Shown piece by piece: positions 27,273 to 37,618 of a DNA stretch of 64,000 nt. Position 1 is the first letter of the stretch. Every line of letters starts with the position of its first letter. The translations under genes were made by a program, and so were the position numbers. The DNA lies in assembly GCA_029762535.1 (NCBI GenBank), contig JARVGK010000005.1:32001-96000 (forward strand), given 5' to 3'. Under the pieces are notes generated by a model. That model was not told the origin of the DNA and ran no database searches. It worked only from the letters and a program-made list of their open reading frames with translations. This stretch comes from Thermoplasmatota archaeon (GTDB taxonomy: Archaea; Thermoplasmatota; Penumbrarchaeia; Penumbrarchaeales; Penumbrarchaeaceae).

Positions 27273-30200
27273 GTGATCGCCATGAAGCATCGTTTTGATA
27301 GAGAAAGGGCATATATTTTTGCTTTGATGTTCGTAGTATCCTCATCATTCATATTGATCGGGGATGATACAGTAATGGTAACGGGTGAATCGCTATCATT
27401 ATATGGGCATGTGAGAGCTGATAACAATGAGATTTGGGCACTTTCAGGTGATGAGAACATAGAGGCATCGGCCGGTTTGTCATTTATCGGAGAGAGCATG
27501 ACCGGACCAGGAGGAAGGCTCGGAAGTTATCTTTGGTCTGGAGATCTGAATGGTGATGGTTATGATGACATAGCAATGTCAGCCCCCCATCTTGAAGGAG
27601 CGCTTAGCGTTAGAGAAGGGGGATTGCTCTATATATTCTACGGATCGAAAGAGTTACAAAATGGAGTTGTGGATATAGAAACAGCCGTTCCGGATATCGT
27701 TATCAGAGGAGGGGCCGAGGATTCGAAGCTTTTGACATCGTTTGCCGTTGGAGACATCGACAACGACGGCAACTTCGATCTCGTTTTGGGTATACCTTCC
27801 CAGCCTTCATGCGGCAGACTTTACATTCTCTGGGGTGACGGCAATTGGAGCGGGGAGATCGATCTCTTCGATCCAGGCAAACTCAATCCCAACGGGGATC
27901 CTTATGGTTTCATTCGAGATGATGATCATTTGATACTGGCTGGTCACATCGCACCGGTCCCTTGGCCCGAATCGGATTATAAGATAGGCCAATCCGTTGT
28001 AGTTAGCGATCTTGACGGGGATTCGTACGATGATGTGGTCTTCAGCGCTCCGGGATGGAACAAGGTCAATATTATGTGGGGAGGGCCGAACAGATTTCAG
28101 CTTGGAGATGAGATGACCATAATTCAAGACGACCAGAACAGTGGCCTCTTCGGGCAGAGCGTGATCTCTCTCGATATGAATGGAAATCAAATGCCAGACC
28201 TGGCTATTAGCGGACCGCTGAGAAACCATCCGACAACACTATATCAGCAGACGGGCACTGTAATGGTGATTTTCGATGCGGGGGATCTCAGAGGAACTGT
28301 TAATATCAACGTCGAGGACACGGTAAGGCCGTTCATATATGGAAACGATCCAAATGATAATTTTGGCAGGGTGATACTGTCAAAGGACATCAACCATGAC
28401 GGGCGTGATGATCTTATAGTTGGCGCACCTTACAGTGATGGACCGGACGACACGAGGTACAACTCGGGCTCCATACACATATATTTTGGAGGACAGATAA
28501 ACCAATTTCCAGTGATTATGGATTCTGAAACCGGGGCAGACGTCATAATATACGGAGCAACGAAAGAAGGGCCTACATATCCAGGTGACAGATTGGGGAC
28601 AGTATTCGAATTGGGTGATATCAACTCCGACGGTGAACACGGTTTGATTATTGGATATCCAGACGTTTCGGTCCAGGATGCCGAGAAGGCCGGAATGGTG
28701 GCCTATTATACATATCAACAAGTGTTCTCATCCCCTCCTCGTTCGATAGATCTCAAGGATATTGATCCGACATTCAGGATATTCGGGATAGACATGCAGG
28801 ATAGGCTGGGATATTCCCTTTGCATCGCTGACATGGATGGGGACGGCGCTCATGAGTTGATCATAGGTTCTCCGGCCTCGGATGGTATTGAGAATACCAG
28901 GCCTTCCTGTGGTGAGGTCCATATTATTAGAGGGTCCAAAGTAGGAATCGACTCGCTGACATTATCCGGTATGGGGACACAGGACGGTTTTGTCCTGTGC
29001 GGTAAAGGCGATACGACGATAACCGTGGGATATTCCCATTCGGAAGATAACGACCTATTGTTATCCATGGATGTGGAATTGCAGGATCTTGGGATAAAAA
29101 TGACCATTCCTTTAGCTACTGGTGAATATCCAATAATTGATACACCCTATGAGATGATAAAACCCGTAAGCAAGGTGATCGTATCGAAAACGACCAATGG
29201 TGCACAGGCATCGGCGGTGATCGAATTCACATGGTCCTTTCCTTCTGGGGAATACGATGTGAAGATTATTGTATCCTCATCAAAATGGAATTATTCCAGA
29301 TTGTTTTCCAAAGCCATATTATCAGAGGATGTTCTAATATTTTTGGAGAACTATGAACTATTCAGGAACGGTCAAAGAACCGTACATGGTTCCGAATGGT
29401 TTGGACCGGATGATAGAATCGATATCAATGGACTATCGCTTTATTATGATACTGTACCTCCTATTGAGGTCATAGATGGTCCTTTCGAAATAAGCCTTTT
29501 GGTGAACGCAATATCGATCCATACTCAGGAATATGTACCCGACATGAGTTTGAATTTTACCATCACCGACGAAGATAGTATCATACTTACCGTAAAGGCC
29601 TCTCCTATCATCGGGATATTTCCCACAGGTATCCCATCGGAATTCATTCCTTTTATATCGGGGCAAATCGTGTTAGAGCTTCATATTGACCAAACCCCTC
29701 CCGATATCCCATCGAACCTAGTTCTCGATCCTGGAACTTTTGGACATGAGGATTACGGAACTGAAGGTGAATGGGAGATCAGATGGGATGATGGCAGGAC
29801 CAACGGAGGTGATGCAGGATCAGGAATATGGGCCTATGAGGTAGGTATCAAGGAGGAGGTAAAGATAGCCATGCATCCTGGAGGTCTGCTTGGGACATAC
29901 TACAACGACGATCGTTTCATCGAGGAAGGCCTATCAATCGTGGATGAACAGATCGACTTCAACTGGGGCAATTACCCGCCTAAACCCGAGATCATTCCAT
30001 TGGGTTTCTCTATAAGATGGCATGGGTGGTTAATGCCGGACCAGAATATCAAGACGAGGTTCACGATATGGGGAAAAGGTGGGAACTCCCTTCTGATCTT
30101 TGACGATCAGAGGCTGTTGGAATGGAACGATGTCGAGTTCAGAAGGAGTTCAGGCTACGTGGACCTAGTCGGCGGAGAGATCTATTATATCGAACTGTAC

Positions 30201-31610
30201 TTTCGACAGAAAGGGGATCTTGAAAACTCTCTTTTTCTAAGATGGGACGACGAGAGCGGTAATTCCGTTGAGATATCATCGAGTTCCATGTATTATCCAT
30301 CAAACACTTCATCAATAGATATCGAGTCCTCCATATCGGAGATCTTCAACGTTTCCGTCAAGGCGATAGATTGGGTAGGTTCGATCTCTGGCCCGGCCTT
30401 TTCTCAAGGGATCATTGATCTCGATCAACCAGTTATCGATCTTACAAGATATTCAAGTTGGTACAACTCATCAAGGGTCGAAGTACATTTTGCGCTATTC
30501 GACCCTACGATTATGGGAATGGAGGGTTCAGGAATAGATGGGGATAGCATATCATACAGATTGATGCACGAAACAGAAACGGAATATTCCCCCCCTTACA
30601 AAGAAGAGATATGGTTGAAATATGGGGATTCTCTTTCCTTTGTCGATGTGATGATGAGGCTTGAGTTGGATGGAACGTGGAAGGGATCTTTACAGATATT
30701 CGCATCGGACAGGGTAGGGAATACCGTACAATCATCCTCACTCAGCTTAGGTGTTGACATGATCGCTCCTCAGTTCGACATGGTCCAACCTTCCACCTTC
30801 ATAATCCACAATACAGCTGACCTATCTTTTGCTCTCAGGGTCGAGGATATTCAAGGTTCCGGTGTCAATGGGGAGACAATTGCATACCGAACGAGGATGA
30901 ACGACACCGACTGGTCAGGTTGGATGGATATTGGCCGTGAAACAGCATCAGAGCAGTTGATGATCGAATTCACTCACAAGTTATCAGAAGGTACGAATTT
31001 CATACAGTTCATGGCCGAGGATATTGTAGGCAATATGGGAATATCACGAGAATATGAGCTTAGGGTCAAGGTGCCGACAGTGAACAATCCTCCCACCCCC
31101 CTGATATCAAGCCCGATCAACGGAACAAGCTATTCTGAGGGGCATCCAGTAATACTGGATGCATCTGGTTCCACTGATGATGGTATCGGTTTATTTCCTG
31201 AATTGAGGTTCACATGGTCCTCGAACAGGACTGGATTATTAGGTACCGGTAAGGTGATCTCCATTAACATCCTTACAACAGGCTGGCACAGGATCACGCT
31301 TTTCGTCGATGATGGTTCTCCAGGGAATAACGTATCTGACCATGTTGATATATACATAAGGAGGGCTGTGAACCCCAACGGTACGGTCAACCCAGAACCA
31401 AATGCGACGGATGAGGCATATCGAACTATACTTGTGATATCAGCTTTGGCAGTTGTGATCATCGTCATTATCGTATTCATAATCCTATTCGTAAAGAGAT
31501 ATGGTAATGAGAGGGGTGCCGAGATTAGAATAGATTATAAAGAAGAAACAGATGACGATATCGATTACATGATAAAGAGCAGATATGATGAATTCGATTC
31601 AGAAGAGTGA
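27273..31610 (+). CDS. Large cell-surface protein: FG-GAP repeats, PA14-like domain, Ig/PKD-like domains, C-terminal TM
   Basis: Seven GDxNGDGxDD/IVGAP-type repeats; GLLGTYYN...IDFNWG...FSIRWHG (PA14-like); LDASGSTD...FTWSS (PKD-like). Confidence 0.87.
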   Translation: MIAMKHRFDRERAYIFALMFVVSSSFILIGDDTVMVTGESLSLYGHVRADNNEIWALSGDENIEASAGLSFIGESMTGPGGRLGSYLWSGDLNGDGYDDIAMSAPHLEGALSVREGGLLYIFYGSKELQNGVVDIETAVPDIVIRGGAEDSKLLTSFAVGDIDNDGNFDLVLGIPSQPSCGRLYILWGDGNWSGEIDLFDPGKLNPNGDPYGFIRDDDHLILAGHIAPVPWPESDYKIGQSVVVSDLDGDSYDDVVFSAPGWNKVNIMWGGPNRFQLGDEMTIIQDDQNSGLFGQSVISLDMNGNQMPDLAISGPLRNHPTTLYQQTGTVMVIFDAGDLRGTVNINVEDTVRPFIYGNDPNDNFGRVILSKDINHDGRDDLIVGAPYSDGPDDTRYNSGSIHIYFGGQINQFPVIMDSETGADVIIYGATKEGPTYPGDRLGTVFELGDINSDGEHGLIIGYPDVSVQDAEKAGMVAYYTYQQVFSSPPRSIDLKDIDPTFRIFGIDMQDRLGYSLCIADMDGDGAHELIIGSPASDGIENTRPSCGEVHIIRGSKVGIDSLTLSGMGTQDGFVLCGKGDTTITVGYSHSEDNDLLLSMDVELQDLGIKMTIPLATGEYPIIDTPYEMIKPVSKVIVSKTTNGAQASAVIEFTWSFPSGEYDVKIIVSSSKWNYSRLFSKAILSEDVLIFLENYELFRNGQRTVHGSEWFGPDDRIDINGLSLYYDTVPPIEVIDGPFEISLLVNAISIHTQEYVPDMSLNFTITDEDSIILTVKASPIIGIFPTGIPSEFIPFISGQIVLELHIDQTPPDIPSNLVLDPGTFGHEDYGTEGEWEIRWDDGRTNGGDAGSGIWAYEVGIKEEVKIAMHPGGLLGTYYNDDRFIEEGLSIVDEQIDFNWGNYPPKPEIIPLGFSIRWHGWLMPDQNIKTRFTIWGKGGNSLLIFDDQRLLEWNDVEFRRSSGYVDLVGGEIYYIELYFRQKGDLENSLFLRWDDESGNSVEISSSSMYYPSNTSSIDIESSISEIFNVSVKAIDWVGSISGPAFSQGIIDLDQPVIDLTRYSSWYNSSRVEVHFALFDPTIMGMEGSGIDGDSISYRLMHETETEYSPPYKEEIWLKYGDSLSFVDVMMRLELDGTWKGSLQIFASDRVGNTVQSSSLSLGVDMIAPQFDMVQPSTFIIHNTADLSFALRVEDIQGSGVNGETIAYRTRMNDTDWSGWMDIGRETASEQLMIEFTHKLSEGTNFIQFMAEDIVGNMGISREYELRVKVPTVNNPPTPLISSPINGTSYSEGHPVILDASGSTDDGIGLFPELRFTWSSNRTGLLGTGKVISINILTTGWHRITLFVDDGSPGNNVSDHVDIYIRRAVNPNGTVNPEPNATDEAYRTILVISALAVVIIVIIVFIILFVKRYGNERGAEIRIDYKEETDDDIDYMIKSRYDEFDSEE

Positions 31611-31624
31611 ATAATCATCAACAC

Positions 31625-32605
31625 TTACCAATCAAGCCATCTGCATGTCCGATCTATCCCTTCCTCGAAAGAGAAGAGGGGGCTATATCCGAGTTTGTCG
31701 CATATCCTGGAATGATCCATATGCCAGATATCAGAGGTCAACGCCCGATATTTGTTCATTGATAGAGGAGGTGGTCCATTTATAAGAGTTCCGAAGATCT
31801 CAGAGGTTCTGCAAAGAAGGTAGAAAGCAGATTTTGGGATACTTACATATCCCTTTTTCACTCCTATCCTTCTTGATATCGAATCAACAGCAAATCTCAG
31901 GGTATAAGGTCCTTCGTTGACATGGAATATGTTGGATATTTCGTTTTTCTCCAAGGCCAGGATAAGAGCGTGGGACAAATTGCCTACATAAAGCATGTTG
32001 AATATATGTCTCCCGCGATCTATCATGGGCATAAATCCCTTTTTAATGGATAAGAACGTTCTCATCGCTGAGGAATTACGACTCATGCCCTCTCCGAATA
32101 TCACTGGTGGTCTGATGATGGATGCGACCGTATCATCATCTTGTGCCCTCTTTAGGAGAAACCTTTCAGAAAGAAGCTTGGACCTTCCATATGGTTCATC
32201 CGGGCAGGGATCGTGATCTTCCTTCATCGGAAATCGCTCACTTCCATAAGGGCCAAGAGCCATGATGGAGGACATAAATACGAACTTCTTTGAACCTTGA
32301 TCAAGGGTATTTGCATAGATATTCATGGTCCCCTCGAAATTGACCTTCATAAGAAGGTCGCTCGTTGGATGGGATGATTCCAAAATGCCCGCGCAGTGTA
32401 TCACTCCATCGATATGGCCATCCAACCTTATAGTGGATGGATCCGTTATATCTCCGATTACCTCCTCTATGCCCTTTATATTTGAAGGCCTATTATCAAA
32501 AGATATGATGTCGTACCCTTTGGATAATAGTGCATTGATCACCCGTCCTCCGACGAAACCGGATCCACCTGTTACGAGATATCTTTTAGCCAACGTACAT
32601 AACAT
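31625..32605 (-). CDS. NAD-dependent epimerase/dehydratase (extended SDR)
   Basis: VTGGSGFVG, VIHCAG, YGRSK, IRPPVIFG. Confidence 0.9.
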   Translation of the reverse strand: MLCTLAKRYLVTGGSGFVGGRVINALLSKGYDIISFDNRPSNIKGIEEVIGDITDPSTIRLDGHIDGVIHCAGILESSHPTSDLLMKVNFEGTMNIYANTLDQGSKKFVFMSSIMALGPYGSERFPMKEDHDPCPDEPYGRSKLLSERFLLKRAQDDDTVASIIRPPVIFGEGMSRNSSAMRTFLSIKKGFMPMIDRGRHIFNMLYVGNLSHALILALEKNEISNIFHVNEGPYTLRFAVDSISRRIGVKKGYVSIPKSAFYLLCRTSEIFGTLINGPPPLSMNKYRALTSDIWHMDHSRICDKLGYSPLFSFEEGIDRTCRWLDW

Positions 32606-32635
32606 GCATTGAATGTATAATAAAAATATGGTAGC

Positions 32636-32656
32636 GGAGGGGGTTTTACCCCCTCC
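32636..32656 (-). terminator. GC-rich hairpin terminator candidate downstream of acs
   Basis: GGAGGGGGT-TTT-ACCCCCTCC 9-bp stem, with a T-rich tract shortly downstream on the minus strand. Confidence 0.6.
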
Positions 32657-32675
32657 ACAAGATTCTATATCGATA

Positions 32676-34616
32676 TTATCTATTCTCGATCAGGTTCTCA
32701 ACGACCGAAGGATCCGCGAGAGTGGATGTGTCTCCGATCGAATCGATCTCGGAACTCGCGATCTTTCTGAGGATTCGCCTCATGATCTTTCCGGACCTGG
32801 TCTTTGGAAGGCCAGGTGCCCAATGAATGATGTCCGGGGTGGCTATCGGCCCTATCTCTTCTCGTACATGTTTCTTGAGCATTTTTTTAAGCTCCTCTGT
32901 GTATTCGACCCCGGTCTTGAGGGTAACGTAGGCGTATATGCCTTGGCCTTTGATCTCGTGTGGGTATCCCACGACAGCGGCCTCAGCAACGGAAGGATGC
33001 GAAACCAAGGCGGACTCCACTTCGGCCGTTCCCATCCGGTGGCCGGAAACGTTAATCACATCATCTATCCTGCCGGTTATCCAGTAGTATCCATCTTCAT
33101 CTCTCTTGGCGCCGTCTCCTGTGAAATATTTCCCGGGGAACATAGAGAAGTATGTCTCCTTGAACCTTTCGTGATGTCCATATACAGTTCTCATTATTCC
33201 GGGCCAAGCCTTATTTATCACAAGCGGGCCAGATGCCACTCCTTCAATTTCCTTTCCGTCATTATCTAGTATTGCTGGTTCTACTCCGAAGAAAGGCAAG
33301 GTAGCGGAGCCTGGTTTAAGCGGTGTAACTCCCGGCAGAGGAGTTATGAGTATACCTCCGGTCTCGGTCTGCCACCATGTGTCAACGATCGGGCATCGGC
33401 CGTCACCTACAACCTCGTAATACCATCTCCAGGCCTCAGGATTGATCGGCTCTCCAACCGTTCCTAATATTAGCAGGGATTTCCTGGAATGTTTCTTGAC
33501 CCAATCAGGGCCTTCCTTCATCAATGCCCTTATAGCAGTAGGGGCGGTGTAGAATTGGGTCACCTGATATTTATCGACAATCTCCCAGAATCTGCCAGGG
33601 TCTGGGTAGTTGGGAACTCCTTCGAACATCATCGTGGTCGCTCCATTTAGAAGGGGGCCATATACGATATACGAATGTCCAGTGACCCATCCGATATCCG
33701 CAGTGCACCAGAATATGTCGCCCTCATGGTAATCGAAGACGTATTTATGGGTCAGGGAGGTATATAACATATATCCACCAATGGTATGGAGGACTCCTTT
33801 TGGTTTGCCAGTGGATCCAGATGTGTATAGTATGAACAACGGATCCTCTGAATCCATAACCTCTGGTGGACAATCGTCATTTACCTTTTCCATTTCTTCG
33901 TGCCACCAGAGATCCCTTTCTGAGTTCATCGGAACTTCGACTCCGGTCCTCTTAACGACGATCACCTTTTCAATAGAAGGCGACTCCGAAACCGCTCTAT
34001 CGGCGTTGGTCTTCATTGGAATGTCGTTCTTTTTCCCTCTCAGTGCCGTGTCCTGGGTTATGACCACCTTACAGCCTGAATCGTTAATCCTATCCCTCAG
34101 CGAATCAGGAGAGAAAGCGCCAAAGACTATTGAATGGACCGCACCGATCCTTGCACAAGCTAGCATGGCTATAGGAAGTTCGGGTATCATCTGCATGTAT
34201 ATGCTCACCCTATCTCCCTTCTTCACACCGTTGGCCTTGAGGACGTTCGCGAACTTCTTAACCTTTGTGAAGAGCTCGGAATAAGTCATTTTCCCATCTT
34301 CTTCAGGTGAATTCCCTTCCCAGATTATTGCAACCTGGTCTCCGCGCTTTTCTATATGCCTATCGAGGCAGTTGTAGGTAATGTTGGTCTTGCCACCTTC
34401 GAAGAACTTTATTATCCCATTCACGAAATCGAAATCTCTAACCTTGTCCCATTTCTTGAACCAGGTGAAGTCCTCGGCCATCTCTGACCAGAATGCATCT
34501 GGATCGTTTATGGACCTTTCATACATCTTCTTGTACTCTTCCATAGAGTTGATATACGCTCGTTTCTTGATGTTTTCGTTGGGCAAGTATAAACCGCTAT
34601 TATCCTGTTCGCTCAT
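32676..34616 (-). CDS. acs: Acetyl-CoA synthetase (AMP-forming)
   Basis: [47 protein letters not shown]. Confidence 0.96.
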   Translation of the reverse strand: MSEQDNSGLYLPNENIKKRAYINSMEEYKKMYERSINDPDAFWSEMAEDFTWFKKWDKVRDFDFVNGIIKFFEGGKTNITYNCLDRHIEKRGDQVAIIWEGNSPEEDGKMTYSELFTKVKKFANVLKANGVKKGDRVSIYMQMIPELPIAMLACARIGAVHSIVFGAFSPDSLRDRINDSGCKVVITQDTALRGKKNDIPMKTNADRAVSESPSIEKVIVVKRTGVEVPMNSERDLWWHEEMEKVNDDCPPEVMDSEDPLFILYTSGSTGKPKGVLHTIGGYMLYTSLTHKYVFDYHEGDIFWCTADIGWVTGHSYIVYGPLLNGATTMMFEGVPNYPDPGRFWEIVDKYQVTQFYTAPTAIRALMKEGPDWVKKHSRKSLLILGTVGEPINPEAWRWYYEVVGDGRCPIVDTWWQTETGGILITPLPGVTPLKPGSATLPFFGVEPAILDNDGKEIEGVASGPLVINKAWPGIMRTVYGHHERFKETYFSMFPGKYFTGDGAKRDEDGYYWITGRIDDVINVSGHRMGTAEVESALVSHPSVAEAAVVGYPHEIKGQGIYAYVTLKTGVEYTEELKKMLKKHVREEIGPIATPDIIHWAPGLPKTRSGKIMRRILRKIASSEIDSIGDTSTLADPSVVENLIENR

Positions 34617-34887
34617 CCGTCAACCTCCGATATACTTTTTTTCCACAGGTGCTCTGGTCATGTCATTTACGGTCCAAAGCTTCATGGTCTCTACCCGCAT
34701 AATGGTAACCATATATAACCGTTTACACCAACCATCCGGATCGTTATTGATCTGTGTACAAAAACTCGATCAATGAATTAATTAATGATGACATATCGTT
34801 AATAATTTGTTTTTTTACACGTATCTGTAACAATGAAGAATATGGATAGTATTATCATGTTCAGAGGCATATAGGATACTTCGACCG

Positions 34888-35295
34888 GTGGAACATTTGA
34901 ATGATATTATAACGGTGGATATGCTAATAAAGGCCCTTGAAGCTCTTTTCCATGAAGGAAAGGAGGGTCAAGACGAATGGATCAAGCAAATGGCAATTTT
35001 CATAATGGATTTTTTTGGTTATGAGCAGAGAGTTCTTGATAACAACCTTACCCCAAAGGATAGGGATATATTCTACATGTTGGAGAATTCCGGGATACTC
35101 AGAACTGAAATGGATGAGACCACGATCCAGAAGGGTAAGACCTGGAGGATCCATTATTGGGTCCTGAATAGGGATCGGATCCGTGAACTGTCAGTAAGTA
35201 AGCAAGATGATACTGAATTAAGATGCAACGGTGAGAATGGTATGGTTTATGACCACCTCTCAGAGGGAGTATGGTCGAGGAACGACCAGAATTAA
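34888..35295 (+). CDS. Conserved Thermoplasmata winged-helix-like protein (DUF6015-like)
   Basis: FFGYE..LDN.L...DRDIFYMLE..GIL...GKTWRIHYW signature. Confidence 0.7.
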   Translation: MEHLNDIITVDMLIKALEALFHEGKEGQDEWIKQMAIFIMDFFGYEQRVLDNNLTPKDRDIFYMLENSGILRTEMDETTIQKGKTWRIHYWVLNRDRIRELSVSKQDDTELRCNGENGMVYDHLSEGVWSRNDQN

Positions 35296-35352
35296 GTCTG
35301 ACATCCAATCATCAAGAATAAATAAGAGATATGTTTTGGCCAGTAGGAAAAC

Positions 35353-37038
35353 ATGATCGAGATGATTTTATTCTTAGCGGTCATTGTAATATGGTCAGTT
35401 GCGATCATATTGCTTGACAGGTTTAAATTCCTCGAAAGGTACAATATGTCGAGGATATGGGCCGTAGTGCTTATGTGGAGGACCGAGAAGGGTAAGGGCC
35501 TCATAGAGAAGATGGCATCCCCCAAACGTTTCTGGGACGCATTCGCGGTGATCGGTCTTTTCATCCTTTTTATCGGAATGCTCTCAATGTTCCTCCTTAT
35601 ATTCGCCTCAACCCTCACTGTGATACTAGCTGGTTTTACTAAAACCATTTCCGCAAAGGAGGTTCTGGTGCTTCCTGGGATTAACCCTTACGTTCCTTTA
35701 ATATACGGCCTTATAGGCCTAATATTCGCCGTTGTGGTTCATGAGTTTAGCCATGGGATCCAAGCCACTGCTAATAAGATAAAGGTAAGGTCATTGGGAA
35801 TTCTTTTCTTTATAGTTCCCATAGGTGCGTTCATGGAGCCCGATGAGGATGAAGTAAAGGCCTCATCCAGAATTAAGAAGATCAAGATGTATGCATCTGG
35901 ACCGATAATCAATTTCATTTTTGCCTTCGTCTTTATTATTCTTTTCTCTGGAGTGATGATGTCTTCATTGAGCTCTCCGGGCGATCCTTTCACCATAACT
36001 GATATCTCTGACAATTCATCATTATTTTACTCTAATGAATATGCCCCTGTTGGTCTTTTTGATATTAACGGTACGGAATTATCATCAGTGAACGACATTT
36101 ACGAATACAAGGGTCCAGAACCAGGTTCTTGGATATCAGTCACGATGAAGACCAAAGATGGGTTCTACAGATTTCCAGCGATATCAGGTGTTGTCATATA
36201 CTCGATAACTGATGATTCTCCGGCGGACAAACAAGGGATAATTAAGGGATCGATAATCCTATCGATGAACGAAAGATCGATCTTAAGCCGAAAGGACGTA
36301 TCCGACGTCTTGGACCCTACTCTGGCAGGGCAGAACCTGACCATTTCATTATTGGAACCACAGATCGATCATCAAGGAGAGCCCATGATGGAATGGGACC
36401 CCCCTTCATGGCTGAACTACAGCATTGACAAAATTGGCGATGTGAACGTTCCATCATATATTCCGAGAACGATCAAGTTGACATTGGCCGATAAGTACAG
36501 ATTTATCCCTTTGGAGGATTTCAAGGGAAAAGGTTTCCTTGGAATAGGATCATCGTTTCTGGGGGTCACTGGAGTTGGGAGCAAGGAACTTCTTTCAGTT
36601 GTAAAATCTCCTTTATCCTCATCCAACGGACCTTTTGGGGCGGTGGGAAATCTAATGTACATCACTTTCTCGCTACCCCTGAGCAGGACAATAGTTCCAT
36701 TTCATTCACCGCTAATAGATGTATATGAGGTCAGTGGGCCTCTATCTATATTACCCGATCCAGTATTCTGGTTTATTACCAACTGTTTCTTTTATCTTTT
36801 CTGGCTCAACATACTCCTGGCTTTGTTCAACTCCCTTCCAGCTTACCCTCTCGACGGCGGTTTCATCTTTAAAGATTCCCTTATACTCATCATCAAGAAC
36901 TTCAACAATCGAATAAAGGATGAGAAGCTTGAAAAGATAGCTGGTTCAATAACGATGACACTCACGATCATGGTTTTTACATTGATATTGATAACATTCA
37001 TGTACCCATGGATCAAAATGGTCCTTATGGGTCTTTGA
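35353..37038 (+). CDS. Site-2 protease (M50) with PDZ domains
   Basis: HEFSH, GAFMEP, SGPIIN, SPADKQG, NSLPAYPLDGG. Confidence 0.92.
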   Translation: MIEMILFLAVIVIWSVAIILLDRFKFLERYNMSRIWAVVLMWRTEKGKGLIEKMASPKRFWDAFAVIGLFILFIGMLSMFLLIFASTLTVILAGFTKTISAKEVLVLPGINPYVPLIYGLIGLIFAVVVHEFSHGIQATANKIKVRSLGILFFIVPIGAFMEPDEDEVKASSRIKKIKMYASGPIINFIFAFVFIILFSGVMMSSLSSPGDPFTITDISDNSSLFYSNEYAPVGLFDINGTELSSVNDIYEYKGPEPGSWISVTMKTKDGFYRFPAISGVVIYSITDDSPADKQGIIKGSIILSMNERSILSRKDVSDVLDPTLAGQNLTISLLEPQIDHQGEPMMEWDPPSWLNYSIDKIGDVNVPSYIPRTIKLTLADKYRFIPLEDFKGKGFLGIGSSFLGVTGVGSKELLSVVKSPLSSSNGPFGAVGNLMYITFSLPLSRTIVPFHSPLIDVYEVSGPLSILPDPVFWFITNCFFYLFWLNILLALFNSLPAYPLDGGFIFKDSLILIIKNFNNRIKDEKLEKIAGSITMTLTIMVFTLILITFMYPWIKMVLMGL

Positions 37039-37618
37039 TCATGATAGAGGGTCGCATCTTGATACTCTCCCTCAATGAAAGATCACAGCCGCAATATCGT
37101 TGTCTGTAAAGACCGTATCTCCGTGATTCGTTCAGTGACTTGCTCCAATATCTTCGGAGGTCAGTGTAATGAAAATCTATGTCGATGTTTTCTTCAATGA
37201 TCTTTCCTATGTGCTTTATTCGGTCATGTTTTTGGTATTTCGATAGCAATAATGTGGTACAGAAACCATCGGCCCCGATCCCTTTAGCTTTTAATGCGGA
37301 TTCCCTCAGACGGATCCAGTAGCAGATATCGCATCTGGATGATATCTCCCCTTCATAATCAAGAGGTATTTCGTCTTTTAACAGAAAACTGCCAACTATA
37401 GATCGAAATTGGGAATTGTCCATGCCACATCCTATGATAACGGGGGCCTCAAGGTCTTTTAAGAATCCCTCGAGTGTTCGAAATCGTTTATTAAATTCCT
37501 TTTCTGGATAGATATTCGGGTTGAACCAAAACGTTGTATAATCTATGCCCTCTTCATCAAAATATAGTCTCGAACCCGAAAGGCAAGGGCCGCAGCATGT
37601 ATGCAGGAGGATATTCAT
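37025..37618 (-). CDS. queH: Epoxyqueuosine reductase QueH (DUF208)-like protein
   Basis: LLHTCCGPC, NPNIYP, RCDICY..RL, FCTTLL.S, YRQRYCGC. Confidence 0.85.
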   Translation of the reverse strand: MNILLHTCCGPCLSGSRLYFDEEGIDYTTFWFNPNIYPEKEFNKRFRTLEGFLKDLEAPVIIGCGMDNSQFRSIVGSFLLKDEIPLDYEGEISSRCDICYWIRLRESALKAKGIGADGFCTTLLLSKYQKHDRIKHIGKIIEENIDIDFHYTDLRRYWSKSLNESRRYGLYRQRYCGCDLSLRESIKMRPSIMIKDP

